From: Macrostomum hystrix
Lineage: Eukaryota; Animalia; Platyhelminthes
Assembly: GCA_950097015.1 (NCBI GenBank)
Contig: CATNEN010000003.1
Span: 2,294,001-2,358,000 of the forward strand
DNA length: 64,000 bases
Direction of reading: 5' to 3'
Both the position numbers and the translations under genes were made by a program. The notes under the pieces were generated by a model. It was not told where the DNA came from. It saw only the letters and a list, made by a program, of their open reading frames with translations, and did no database searches. Shown piece by piece: positions 47,595 through 60,727 of this stretch. Within the stretch, counting starts at the first letter, position 1, and every line of letters begins with the position of its first letter.

Positions 47595-50020
47595 TAATTA
47601 TCCTCACTGCTCATCCACAAAGCTTCATTATCCTCACTGCTCATCCACAGTCCTTCATTATCCTCACTGCTCATCCACAGTCCTTCATTATTCTCACTGC
47701 TCATCCACAGTCCTTCATTATTCTCACTGCTCTTCCACAGTCCTTCATTATTCTCACTGCTCATCCACAAAGCTTCATTATCCTCACTGCTCATCCACAG
47801 TCCTTCATTATCCTCACTGCTCATCCACAGTCCTTCATTATTCTCACTGCTCTTCCACAGTCCTTCATTATTCTCACTGCTCATCCACAAAGCTTCATTA
47901 TCCTCACTGCTCATCCACAATCCTTCATTATCCTCACTGCTCATCCACAAAGCTTCATTATTCTCACTGCTCATCCACAAAGCTTCATTATCCTCACTGC
48001 TCATCCACAATCCTTCATTATCCTCACTGCTCATCCACAATCCTTCATTATCCTCACTGCTCATCCACAAGCCTTCATTATTCTCACTGCTCATCCACAG
48101 TCCTTCATTATTCTCACTGCTCATCCACAATCCTTCATTATCCTCACTGCTCATCCACAAAGCTTCATTATTCTCACTGCTCATCCACAAAGCTTCATTA
48201 TCCTCACTGCTCATCCACAATCCTTCATTATCCTCACTGCTCATCCACAATCCTTCATTATCCTCACTGCTCATCCACAAGCCTTCATTATTCTCACTGC
48301 TCATCCACAGTCCTTCATTATTCTCACTGCTCATCCACAATCCTTCATTATCCTCACTGCTCATCCACAAAGCTTCATTATCCTCATCGCTCATCCACAA
48401 AGCTTCATTATTCTCACTGCTCATCCACAATCCTTCATTATCCTCACTGCTCATCCACAATCCTTCATTATTCTCACTGGTCATCCACAATCCTTCATTA
48501 TCCTCACTGCTCATCCACAATCCTTCATTATCCTCACCGCTCATCCACAATCCTTCATTATTCTCACTGCTCATCCACAATCCTTCATTATCCTCACTGC
48601 TCATCCACAATCCTTCATTATCCTCACTGCTCATCCACAGTCCTTCATTATCCTCACTGCTCATCCACAGTCCTTCATTATCCTCACTGCTCATCCACAA
48701 TCCTTCATTATCCTCACTGCTCATCCACAAAGCTTCATTATCCTCACCGCTCATCCACAAAGCTTCATTATTCTCACGGCTCATCCACAATCCTTCATTA
48801 TCCTCACCGCTCATCCACAAAGCTTCATTATTCTCACTGCTCATCCACAGTCCTTCATTATTCTCACTGCTCATCCACAATCCTTCATTATCCTCACTGC
48901 TCATCCACAAAGCTTCATTATTCTCACTGCTCATCCACAAAGCTTCATTATCCTCACTGCTCATCCACAATCCTTCATTATCCTCACTGCTCATCCACAA
49001 TCCTTCATTATCCTCACTGCTCATCCACAAGCCTTCATTATTCTCACTGCTCATCCACAGTCCTTCATTATTCTCACTGCTCATCCACAATCCTTCATTA
49101 TCCTCACTGCTCATCCACAAAGCTTCATTATCCTCATCGCTCATCCACAAAGCTTCATTATTCTCACTGCTCATCCACAATCCTTCATTATCCTCACTGC
49201 TCATCCACAATCCTTCATTATTCTCACTGGTCATCCACAATCCTTCATTATCCTCACTGCTCATCCACAATCCTTCATTATCCTCACCGCTCATCCACAA
49301 TCCTTCATTATTCTCACTGCTCATCCACAATCCTTCATTATCCTCACTGCTCATCCACAATCCTTCATTATCCTCACTGCTCATCCACAGTCCTTCATTA
49401 TCCTCACTGCTCATCCACAGTCCTTCATTATCCTCACTGCTCATCCACAATCCTTCATTATCCTCACTGCTCATCCACAAAGCTTCATTATCCTCACCGC
49501 TCATCCACAAAGCTTCATTATTCTCACGGCTCATCCACAATCCTTCATTATCCTCACCGCTCATCCACAAAGCTTCATTATCCTCACTGCTCATCCACAA
49601 TCCTTCATTATCCTCACTGCTCATCCACAATCCTTCATTATCCTCACCGCTCATCCACAAAGCTTCATTATCCTCACTGCTCATCCACAATCCTTCATTA
49701 TCCTCACTGCTCATCCACAATCCTTCATTATCCTCACTGCTCATCCATAAGCCTTCATTATCCTCACCGCTCATCCACAAGCCTTCATTATTCTCACTGC
49801 TCATCCAAAATCCTTCATTATTCTCACTGCTCATCCACAATCCTTCATTATCCTCACCGCTCATCCACAATCCTTCATTATTCTCACTGCTAATCCACAA
49901 TCCTTCATTATTCTCACTGCTAATCCACAATCCTTCATTATTCTCACTGCTCATCCACAAAGCTTCATTATCCTCACTGCTCATCCACAAAGCTTCATTA
50001 TCCTCACTGCTCATCCACAA
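47595..50020. repeat. Minisatellite, 30 bp unit (tcatccacaatccttcattatcctcactgc)
   Basis: About 80 units with a 750-bp internal duplication. Abuts the protocadherin donor at 50041. Confidence 0.97.
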
Positions 50021-50041
50021 AGCCATATTTCCTTGATTTAC

Positions 50042-50547
50042 CTTGGCCTCAGACCTAGGCGAAATAGGCGCACAATCCTTAGCCTGCACCATCAGTTTGT
50101 AGCGGTTCACATCGGCCATATCCAATGGCCGTTCAACCCGGATCTCGCCCGTGTTTTGATCGATGCTGAACTTATTTCTAGCCTGCTGCTGGGTGAGGCT
50201 GTACACAATTTGACCGTTGGCTCCCGCGTCTCCGTCGACTGCCTGCACCCGCATGACAACGGAGCCAACTCGATGAGTGTAGATACTGATGCGCACTGGT
50301 TGGCTGTTGTTACCCGGCGACACGATCTTCGGCGTCTGATCGTTCACATCTAGGATGCTGATCGTGACTTCGGTGTCCGCGGCTTTAGGGGGACTGCCTA
50401 GGTCCTGAGCTCGAACCTGGATGGCGTATGCTGCCTTGGCTTCTCTGTCGAATACGGCGTTGGTGCGCAGGGTGCCGTCTTCGTCGAGAATGAAGAGATC
50501 GCGATGGCGACTGTTCAACTGCAGGAACCGAATCTGTCCGTTAGGCC
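50042..50547 (-). CDS. PCDH: Protocadherin exon (last cadherin repeats)
   Basis: cag|GG acceptor. FDRE, AQDLGSPP, DVNDQTP and AVDGDAGANG motifs. AAG|gtaaat donor. Confidence 0.93.
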
Positions 50548-50869
50548 CTGCAAAATTGGGGACGGGTTTGTTGCTGTCCCTTGTTTGGAGTTTTAAAATT
50601 GATTTCCCACACTTATTGGCTTGATAAGTTTATCCTGCATTGGAATATTAAAAGCATCAGTGAAAATATGGGATTTTCGCATTTTCGGAAGTTGCCAGGG
50701 GAGTATTGCAAGTTTTGGATTTTTTTAAGACTATTTCTCATATCTTGGGATTTTAGCATACCAATCCCAAAATTTATAATTAAATAATCCCAACAAATAT
50801 TTGGGATTTCTGTCTCATATTAACCCATATTTTAGAACTTTAGAGTTACTGTTTTGTGTTTTGCAATTT

Positions 50870-51660
50870 AAGAATCCCGATCCCATATTTCGGAATTGTA
50901 GAATACCGATCCCATATTTTAAGATTTTAGAATCCCGATCCCATATTTTGGGATTTTAGAATCCCGATCCCATATTTAGGGATTTTAGAATCCCGATCCC
51001 ATATTTTGGGATTTTAGAATCCCGATCCCATATTTTGGGATCTTAGAATCCCGATCCCATATTTTGGGATTTTAGAATCCCGATCCCATATTTTAATATT
51101 TTAGAATCCCGATCCCAAATTTTAGGATTTTAGAATCCCCATCCCATATTTTAAGATTTTAGAATCCCCATCCCATATTTTGGGATTTTAGAATCCCGAT
51201 CCCATATTTTGGGATTTTAGAATCCCGATCCCATATTTTGGAATTTTAGAATCCCGATCCCATATTTTAAGATTTTAGAATCCCGATCCCACATTTTGGG
51301 ATCTTAGAATCCCGACCCCATATTTTAAGATTTAAGAATCTCGATCCCATATTTTAAGATTTTAGAATCCCGATCCCAAATTTTGGGATTTTAAAATCCC
51401 GATCCCATATTTTGGAGATTTAGAATCCCGATCCCATGTTTTGGGATTTTAGAATCCCGATCCCATATTTGGGGATTTTAGAATCCCGATCCCATATTCT
51501 GGAGATTTAGAATCCCGATCCCATATTTTGGGATTTTAGAATCCTGATCCCATATTTTGGGATTTTAGAATCCCGATCCCATATTTTGGAGATTTTAGAA
51601 TCCTATTGGGATTTCAGAATCCCGATTCCATGTTTCGCAATTTTAGAATCCTGATCCTAT
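50870..51660. repeat. Minisatellite, 29 bp unit with internal hairpin (gggattttagaatcccgatcccatatttt)
   Basis: Directly visible. Confidence 0.95.
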
Positions 51661-51751
51661 TTTTTCGATCCCAAATTATTTTACTGTATTTAACCCTTGC
51701 TGGACACAACAAAACTTGCACGTCTTGTTTATAAACATGAAACCAACTCCA

Positions 51752-51838
51752 TACCTTCAAATCCCACTCTATCCCCTTCAAATCCTACTCTACCCCCTTC
51801 AAATCCCACTCTGTCACCTTCGAATCCCACTCTATCCA
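51752..51838. repeat. Short 21-bp array (ccttcaaatcccactctatcc)
   Basis: 4 units next to the donor at 51853. Confidence 0.85.
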
Positions 51839-51853
51839 CTTTGAAGGACTCAC

Positions 51854-52541
51854 CTAGATCGGCATCGGTGGCCCTGAGGCGGCCCAGCAACGCCCCAGTT
51901 TCTTTGTTCTCCTCAACCTGAAAGTCCTGGCTGCCCATGAATCTCGGCGCATTATCATTTTCGTCGATCACCCGAATTCGCACCAGCGCCGTCGCAGACA
52001 GCTTGTCAGGAATGCCATTGTCTGTGACAACCACCTTCAGCTGGTAATTGTCCCTGGTCTCCCTGTCCAGTACGGTAGCAGCTGTCACAATGCCCGTATC
52101 GCGGTCAACAGCGAAAGTGTCCGTGTGCTCAGAGTCCGCAGCCAGTCGAAAAGTCAGCCGAGCGTTCTCGCCCTGATCGGCGTCGCTAGCCTTCAGCTGG
52201 AGGACCCGATGATTCGGCGGGTTGTTCTCCAGAATCTCAGCCTCAATCACTCCAGTCGGACCCAGCTGGCTGAATACCGGGGCATTGTCATTGCGATCTT
52301 TGATGGTGACGGACACTGTGAAGGTGCTGGTCAGCGACGGCTGGCCGAAGTCCCAGCAGGTCAGGGTGCCGGTGACGATCGGGTCGGTTTCTCGATCGAT
52401 GACTGACATGACGTAGATCGTGTAGACTCCTTGGCCACCGTCGCGATTCGGCGCGAATTTCAGTCGGAGCTGCGTATTCGAGTGCTGCGAATCGGTGTCG
52501 CAGGCTACTCGACCGTTGTCACCGGAATCTCTGTCTGACAC
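51854..52541 (-). CDS. PCDH: Protocadherin exon (cadherin repeats)
   Basis: VSDRDSGDNG, IDRE, DRNDNAPVF, ASDADQGENA, LDRE and DENDNAPRF motifs. G|gtgagt donor, phase 1. Confidence 0.95.
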
Positions 52542-52654
52542 CTGTTGATTGGTTGAGGTGAGAGAAATAAGAGTCGTAGAGAAGGTCTCTCAGCTACAAG
52601 CCACGAAGAGATGGCCGAGTGGTTTGTACCTGTACACTGCCCGAGAAATCGAAT

Positions 52655-52935
52655 TCTGGTTTCGATTCCGAGGCGAGGTCACATTATTTTGGAGCGCAGC
52701 CGCGGAGAGAAGGCTTTGGGGCTTGTCGTGCAATTTACGCCCTCTAGGGCCAACCTCCAAGGCACAGTGAGAGTGTACACTGCCTGACGATGAGAAAGTC
52801 AGGACAGATGTACACACCTGTGTGAGCGTATACCTGCGTACGGTATCTGTGTGCGTGTGTGCTCAGGAGTCAGCGAAATGGGCAGAATTGACTCTTCGCT
52901 GGCGAATTGGTCCACTGTCGCCAAATGATGGGCCA
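52655..52935 (+). mobile_element. SINE family A, copy 4 (5'-truncated)
   Basis: Starts at the B-box tttcgattcc. Same body as the other copies. Confidence 0.8.
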
Positions 52936-53019
52936 TAGAGTGTACAGCTCGCCTGTCAATAATATTTTTAGACATCCTAGATTTAAAGATTTGGGATTCA
53001 GTTGAGCTAGAACACCTAC

Positions 53020-53328
53020 CAGAATTTCGCCGACCATACCGCCAGACGTGCTTCCCTCTTCCAGTTCTAAAGGCGCGGCCTCTTTAAAATGCGGCGGGTT
53101 GTCGTTGACATCGGTGACTAGAACGTTTAGAACGGCGTTGTCTTCGTATTCGCCTTCCTTGACTTTGACGTGAATGTTAAACTTGTTAGTTGCCTCGTAG
53201 TCCAACTGGCTGGCGATCAGAACTTGACCGTCCGGTTTGACAGTAAAATGTCGCTTGGAGATCTCGCTGGATATGCTGCCCATTGAGAATGCGAAACTGT
53301 GCGACCTGTCCTTGTCAGTTGCTGTGAG
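53020..53328 (-). CDS. PCDH: Protocadherin (delta-type-like), first visible exon (cadherin repeats). Upstream exons were not found in the window.
   Basis: cag|CTC acceptor. LTATDKD...LDYE...VTDVNDNPPHF cadherin Ca-binding motifs. CTG|gtaggt donor. Confidence 0.9.
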
Positions 53329-53454
53329 CTGCGGTTTGGGAAATTCACAAAATTTGTTGCATCGCTTGAAGATAATTAAAGCAGAAGACAATTGCATGCC
53401 AGATGCGGCATTCGAAGCTCCCAAATCTGGCCCGTTGCCCCTTGCGGCACCTAC

Positions 53455-54535
53455 AGTCTCATCTCTCCCGTGTCTCATCTCTCCCGAGTCTCATCTCTCC
53501 CCTGTCTCATCTTTCCCGTGTCTCATCTCTCCCGTGTCTCATCTCTCCCGTGTCTCATCTCTCCCGTGTCTCATCTCTCCCCTGTCTCATCTTTCCCGTG
53601 TCTCATCTCTCCCGTGTCTCATCTCTCCCGTGTCTCATCTCTCCCGTGTCTCATCTCTCCCGTGTCTCATCTCTCCCGTGTCTCATCTCTCCCGTGTCTC
53701 ATCTCTCCCGTGTCTCATCTCTCCCGTGTCTCATCTCTCCCGAGTCTCATCTCTCCCGTGTCTCATCTCTCCCGTGTCTCATCTCTCCCGTGTCTCATCT
53801 CTCCCGAGTCTCATCTCTCCCGTGTCTCATCTCTCCCGTGTCTCATCTCTCCCCTGTCTCATCTTTCCCGTGTCTCATCTCTCCCGTGTCTCATCTCTCC
53901 CGTGTCTCATCTCTCCCGTGTCTCATCTCTCCCGTGTCTCATCTCTCCCGTGTCTCATCTCTCCCCTGTCTCATCTTTCCCGTGTCTCATCTCTCCCGTG
54001 TCTCATCTCTCCCGTGTCTCATCTCTCCCGTGTCTCATCTCTCCCGTGTCTCATCTCTCCCGTGTCTCATCTCTCCCGTGTCTCATCTCTCCCGTGTCTC
54101 ATCTCTCCCGTGTCTCATCTCTCCCGTGTCTCATCTCTCCCGAGTCTCATCTCTCCCGTGTCTCATCTCTCCCGTGTCTCATCTCTCCCGTGTCTCATCT
54201 CTCCCGAGTCTCATCTCTCCCGTGTCTCATCTCTCCCGTGTCTCATCTCTCCCCTGTCTCATCTTTCCCGTGTCTCATCTCTCCCGTGTCTCATCTCTCC
54301 CGTGTCTCATCTCTCCCGTGTCTCATCTCTCCCGTGTCTCATCTCTCCCGTGTCTCATCTCTCCCGTGTCTCATCTCTCCCGTGTCTCATCTCTCCCGTG
54401 TCTCATCTCTCCCGTGTCTCATCTCTCCCGTGTCTCATCTCTCCCGTGTCTCATCTCTCCCGTGTCTCATCTCTCCCGTGTCTCATCTCTCCCGTGTCTC
54501 ATCTCTCCCGTGTCTCATCTCTCCCGTGTCTCATC
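53455..54535. repeat. Minisatellite, 16 bp unit (tctcatctctcccgtg)
   Basis: Directly visible. Confidence 0.97.
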
Positions 54536-55289
54536 CGTTTAATTACGAATGCTGTAATTAAAACCAAATGTCTTTAGACAAAATCTTGATAGATGAGCAA
54601 AAAATGCTGGCTTTTTTTAGTAAAAAAAGCTTTCGAAAAATTCCCTGATGAAATCAAGCACCTAATCTACTTAACTATCTGTTCTCCTCTAGAAGGCACT
54701 GGCAACAGTTCGATCCGCATCCAGTGGGTGATTACGCAACACTCTGGGAGTAATGCCTGTTTGCATCAGCTCGCAATCCTTCATCTAGAATCTGTGTCTC
54801 ACGGAGTAGAAATAACTAAGAGAATAAGGAGCCTCGTTGTGTTTGTTTTATCCCATTCAATCCCTTGCTTGCCATTTCATTATCCACACCCCTGTCACAT
54901 TAAATTGATCTTTATTCCCATATAGAGCTACAAAAGATATCCCCAGAAAATCCAACCCAAAAAAGCGACATAAAATTTTCGTGACTTCAACGGACATTCG
55001 CTCATCACAGGCATCTTGGCAGTGTAGTCTTGCTGGTCAGGGATTATACACTTTCAACTAATCCTGCGCCTAGTTGTAACTACGCCGTTTCTTAATTATG
55101 TTAATTTTCTTGAGGAGGCATGAGTCATCATAAAAACCCAGTACTAGAGCTGTTTGGGGCTATGCTAATTAGGAAATTTTGTGTGTTTACTTTCCTTCGA
55201 GGCTTAAAATATAGTTTTCTACTGTCTTTAGAAAAAGTCAGGATACATCCTATGCAGGACATATGAACAAAAATACTCAAGTTGACATC

Positions 55290-56785
55290 TAGACACACCG
55301 ATTGTTATCAAAGACACACCGGTTGTTATCAAAGACACACCAGTTGTTATCAAAGGCACACCGGTTGTTATCAAATACACACAGGTTGTTATCAAAGACA
55401 CACCGGTTGTCATCAAAGACACACCGGTTGTTATCAAAGACACACGGGTTGTTATTATCAAAGACACACCGGTTGTTATTAAAGACACACCGGTTGTTAT
55501 CATCAAAGACACACCGATTGTCATCAAAGACACACCGGTTGTTATCATCAAAGACACACCGGTTGTTATTAAAGACACACCGGTCGTTATTATCGAAGAC
55601 ACACCGGTTCTTATCGAAGACACACAGGTTGTTATCGAAGACACACAGGTTGTTATCAAAGACACACCAGTTGTTATCATCAAAGACACACCTGTTGTTA
55701 TCATCAAAGACACACCGGTTGTTATCAAAGACACACAGGTTGTTATCAAAGACACACAGGTTGTTATCAAAGACACACAGGTTGTTATCGAAGACACACC
55801 AGTTGTTATCAAAGACACACGGGTTGTTATCAAAGACACACGGGTTGTTATCAAAGACACACCGGTTGTTATCAAAGACACACCGGTTGTTATCAAAGAC
55901 ACACGGGTTGTTATCAAAGACACACCGGTTGTTATCAAAGGCACACCGGTTGTTATCAAAGACACACGGGTTGTTATCAAAGACACACCGGTTGTTATCA
56001 AAGGCACACCGGTTGTTATCAAAGACACACCGGTTGTTATCAAAGACACACCGGTTGTTATCAAAGACACACCGGTTGTTATCAAAGACACACCGGTTGT
56101 TATCAAAGACACACGGGTTGTTATCAAAGACACACCGGTTGTTATCAAAGACACACGGGTTGTTATCAAAGACACACGGGTTGTTATCAAAGACACACGG
56201 GTTGTTATCAAAGACACACCGGTTGTTATCAAAGACACACAGGTTGTTATCAAAGACACACGGGTTGTTATCAAAGACACACCGGTTGTTATCAAAGACA
56301 CACAGGTTGTTATCAAAGACACACGGGTTGTTATCAAAGACACACGGGTTGTTATCAAAGACACACCGGTTGTTATCAAAGACACACGGGTTGTTATCAA
56401 AGACACACAGGTTGTTATCAAAGACACACAGGTTGTTATCAAATACACACGGGCTGTTATCAAAGACACACAGGTTGTTATCAAAGACACACAGGTTGTT
56501 ATCAAAGACACACGGGTTGTTATCAAAGACACACGGGTTGTTATCAAAGACACACAGGTTGTTATCAAAGACACACGGGTTGTTATCAAAGACACACAGG
56601 TTGTTATCAAATACACACGGGTTGTTATCAAAGACACACCGGTTGTTATCAAAGACACACGGGTTGTTATCAAAGGCACACCGGTTGTTATCAAAGACAC
56701 ACGGGTTGTTATCAAAGACACACGGGTTGTTATCAAAGACACACAGGTTGTTATCAAATACACACGGGTTGTTATCAAAGACACA
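55290..56785. repeat. Minisatellite, 21 bp unit (ggttgttatcaaagacacacv)
   Basis: Directly visible. Confidence 0.97.
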
Positions 56786-57867
56786 TAAATATTTTGCAAA
56801 TAAAACTCAAGCTTCAGAATTATTTCCCGCAATACAGTGTGGTCAGAAACGCGGTAAACTTAGCAGTAAATCTCAATTTCACAATAATTAAATGTTAGCA
56901 CAATCATCATACGGCATGTGAGTTGATTGCTTAAACTTCAGGGTGTCCGATTTCCATTGTGTCGTTAAATTTTTTTTCTCTTTTCTTCTGGGAGAGTTAG
57001 AGAGAAGTGTGGGCATAATTTTTTATTGGCATCTTTTGTTAAGCGCAGTTCTTGCAGTTCAGGCTAGAAAAAATTGAGGATCAATTCAGCATCCAGCTGA
57101 ATACTCCTTCATCTCAAAAGGAGTATTTTTTTCCAGAAACTAAAGCATTTTCTATCTCTACTTTCCACTGTCCAAATCAGAGTTAGAGTCTATATTGATA
57201 AAGTGTTGATAAGAGTTTTTGCAACCAATTATTGTTTGAAAACACACAGAAATCTGGTTAAAAAGAAATATAATTGTTGTTAAAAAGACTGGTTAAAAAC
57301 AACTCAATGTCAGTTAAGCTCATTCGATCAATAAATTCTTTTCTGCTTTTAGGAGTTAGTTAGCAAAAAAAACAGCTTGGTGTCGGGGTTGTTTGCAAAA
57401 TTGTGTCGTGGTCATTGTGAATTTGCAAAGCCGCTACCAGCTAACTATAAGGCTTATGATTAATGAACTGAACAATCAATATACTGGGGGTATTGACTTT
57501 GTTTTGCTTCAAAATGTATTGCTGGACAAAGAAGACCCGCTTATCGCTGGTGTCTCACCCTCGCTTCCCAAATTGGGCTGTTGTCCTGGGGATCAGAGGG
57601 TGTGGGTATGTGTTAGGGAGCAATTTCTGTCATGAGCTGAGCTGGTGAGGTGAGTAAGTTGTGCAAGTTGCAAGTGTGAGTGCGCAGACCAGGCTTCAGC
57701 GGTGTCAACTAAATTTACTATGCCGCTGCCGCTGATCTCTGATCTAGGAATCGGTTGACACTCTTTTATAGCAACTGCCGGGACACACGCTAGAATAATT
57801 GTAGCTTTATTTGATACTGGGAGAACAAAGTCCAGATGTTAGACTAGCAGCGGCTTGGTATAGACAA

Positions 57868-57970
57868 ATAGATAGATAGATAGATAGATATATAGATAGA
57901 TAGATAGATATATAGATAGATAGATAGATGGATAGATAGATAGATAGATGGATAGATAGATAGATAGATG

Positions 57971-58005
<35 letters not shown>
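57868..58005. repeat. (GATA)n microsatellite
   Basis: Directly visible. Confidence 0.95.
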
Positions 58006-58259
58006 GGTGTCTGTTTAACAAATATACAAAATATTTTGAAGCCAATTATCTACTATGGGTGCTGAAGCAGCAGCGGCGGCGGCAGCAGCAATCATCTCAA
58101 ACAAAGTGCCTAGCCAATTTTATTACTCTTCCGGTTCTCGTTTTAAAACTCCCATCCGCTTTTCAACTCACACAAAGCCACTACTGAAACAGCCGGGTTT
58201 ACTAAAACTAACCGACTGAATCACCCAACTTCCAATAGCTCAGTTGATTTTACTCTCTT

Positions 58260-60050
58260 CACTCCTCTCCTCTCCTTTCCTCTCCTCTCCTTTCATCTCC
58301 TCTTCTCTCTTCTCCTCCCCTGTCCTCTCATCTCCTGTCCTCTCATCTCCTCTTCTCTCCTCTCCTCTCCCCTCCTCTCCTCTTCTCTCCTCTCCTCTCC
58401 TCTCCCCTCCTCTCCTCTTCTCTCCTCTCCCCTCCTCTCCTCTTCACTCCTCTCCTCTCCTTTCCTCTCCTCTCCTCTCCTCTTCTCTCCTCCCCTCTCC
58501 TCTCCTCTTCTCTCCTCTCCTCTCCTCTCCCCTCCTCTCCTCTTCTCTCCTCTCCTCTCCTCTCCTCTTCACTCCTCTCCTCTCCTTTCCTCTCCTCTCC
58601 TCTCCTCTTCTCTCCTCCCCTCTCCTCTCCTCTCCTCTCCTCTTTTCTCCTTTCCTGACCTCTCCTTTCCTCTCCTCTCCTCTTCTCTCTTCTCCTCTCC
58701 TATCCTCTCCTCTCCTCTTTTCTCCTTTCCTGACCTCTCCTTTCCTCTCCTCTCATCTCCTCTCCTCTCCTCTTTTCTCCTTTCCTGACCTCTCCTTTCC
58801 TCTCCTCTCATCTCCTCTCCTCTCCTCTCCTCTCCTCTCCTCTCCTCGCCTCTCTTCTCGTCTCATCTCATATTATATTCTCTCCTCACAGAATCACCCA
58901 ACACAGCCGTGCTTCACAGCCGACCAGAGAGTCGACTCACAGGCCAAGCACAACTTCCATTCGCAAAAATGCACACAGTAACGAAATTCAAAGAGAATTT
59001 TAACATTTTTCGAGGCAAGAGATGCCAGAAAATCGATAAAAGCCTAAACTTGGAACTACAAGGGAATACACAGGGCAGTTCATTCAACCAGAATCTGTCC
59101 AATTAATTATGCAATGCGCAGTAACAGCACAGTCCGACCATGCTTCGCTCGAAAACTCGACCAAATCTTTCTATGCGATGCGGTTAGAAAGAACTTTTGC
59201 AGATGCCAACTTTAGGAACTGACTTTGTTTTTTGTAGTCTTCTGTTTTTGGTGACGCTGCTAAACAATAAGCACAATTTCTGAAACAAGTCACTAACTAA
59301 CTGTGCAGTTTCTAATTCTCCTCTCCTCTCCTCCCCTCCCCTCTCCTCTCCTCTCATCTCCTCTCATCTCATCTCCTCTCCTCTCATCTCATCTCCTCTC
59401 CTCTCCTCTCCTCTCATCTCCTCTCCTCTCCTCTCCTCCCCTCTCCTCTCCTCTCCTCTCCTCTTTTCTCCTTTCCTGACCTCTCCTACCCTCTCCTCTC
59501 CTCTCCTCTCCTCTCCTCTCCTCTTTTCTCCTTTCCTGACCTCTCCTTTCCTCTCCTCTCCTCTCCTCTGATCTCCTGTCCTCTCCTCTCCTCTCCTCTC
59601 CTCTCCTCTCCTCCCCTCTCCTCTCCTCTCATCTCGTCTCCTCTCATCTCCTCTCCTCTCCTCTCATCTCCTCTCCTCTCCTCTCATCTCCTCTCCTCTC
59701 CTCTCATCTCCTCTCCTCTCCTCTCATCTCCTCTCCTCCCCTCTCCTTTCCTGACCTCTCCTTTCCTCTCCTCTCATCTCCTCTCCTCTCCTCTCCTCTC
59801 CTCCCCTCTCCTCTCCTCTTATCTCCTCTCCTCTCCTCTCCTCTCATCTCCTCTCCTCCCCTCTCCTTTCCTGACCTCTCCTTTCCTCTCCTCTCATCTC
59901 CTGTCCTCTCCTCTCCTCTCCTCTCCTCTCCTCTCCTCTCCTCTCCTCTCCTCCCCTCTCCTCTCATCTCCTCTCCTCTCCTCTCCCTCCTCCCCTCTCC
60001 TCTCCTCTCCTCTCCTCTTATCTCCTCTCCTCTCCTCTCCTCTCATCTCC
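58260..60050. repeat. Two (CTCCT)n-based arrays (58260-58860 and 59318-60050) sharing the variant ctttcctgacctct
   Basis: Directly visible. Confidence 0.92.
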
Positions 60051-60727
60051 TATTTTCCTTTCCCTAATCCATTCTCTCGTCGATTTTATAGGTTTTAAAT
60101 CTGCAATATTTATTTGTTTTATAAGAATTCACACTGATCTGTTCCCGTCCCGCAGATCAATTTCGTATATTTACCAATCAATTCTTATACTTTTGGATAT
60201 TTTTCAATCCGATTGCCCCGACACCAGAGCCTGCTAGGCTCGGTATTGTGTCAGTTGGTGGCCATATTGCGCAAGATACCCCCCCCCGTTAATGGCTCCA
60301 ACAAGAGACGGGGATTGGGATAGAAATGGGATCGGTTAGAAAGAGTTAGAGAGAGCGAAAGAGAGAGAGAGAGAGTGGGGAGAACCGACCCGAAACTAAT
60401 GCTGAATTGTCGCTCTTGTCAACTAGACTATAATGTCCTAAATCCTATACCGACGCAGGCTTTTGGGCTTACAATTGCATGGCTGTTATAACCTCTGTAG
60501 GTTACAATAGGCTGCTTGGCGCCAAAGTATTTTCAGCAACCTTCAGCTGCAGCAGCAGCAGCAATGTCCGCACTGTATGCTTTATGGGCCCTGCAGACGA
60601 AACCAAACAGCCGTACTGAAGCAGGAGGTTAATAAAAAACACTTGAATATTTAAAGTGTTTAACCATATATTTAATATGGTTTGTATGGTTTATGGTCCA
60701 ACAATTACTGTTGTTTGTACGAGTACA

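Noticed and set aside
47594-50518. 974-aa ORF fusing cadherin repeats to about 80 copies of LWMSSEDNEG
   Set aside because: A good donor at 50041 splices in phase to the TM exon. The open frame is explained by a homogeneous 30-bp unit. An intron-retained secreted isoform cannot be excluded but has no support.
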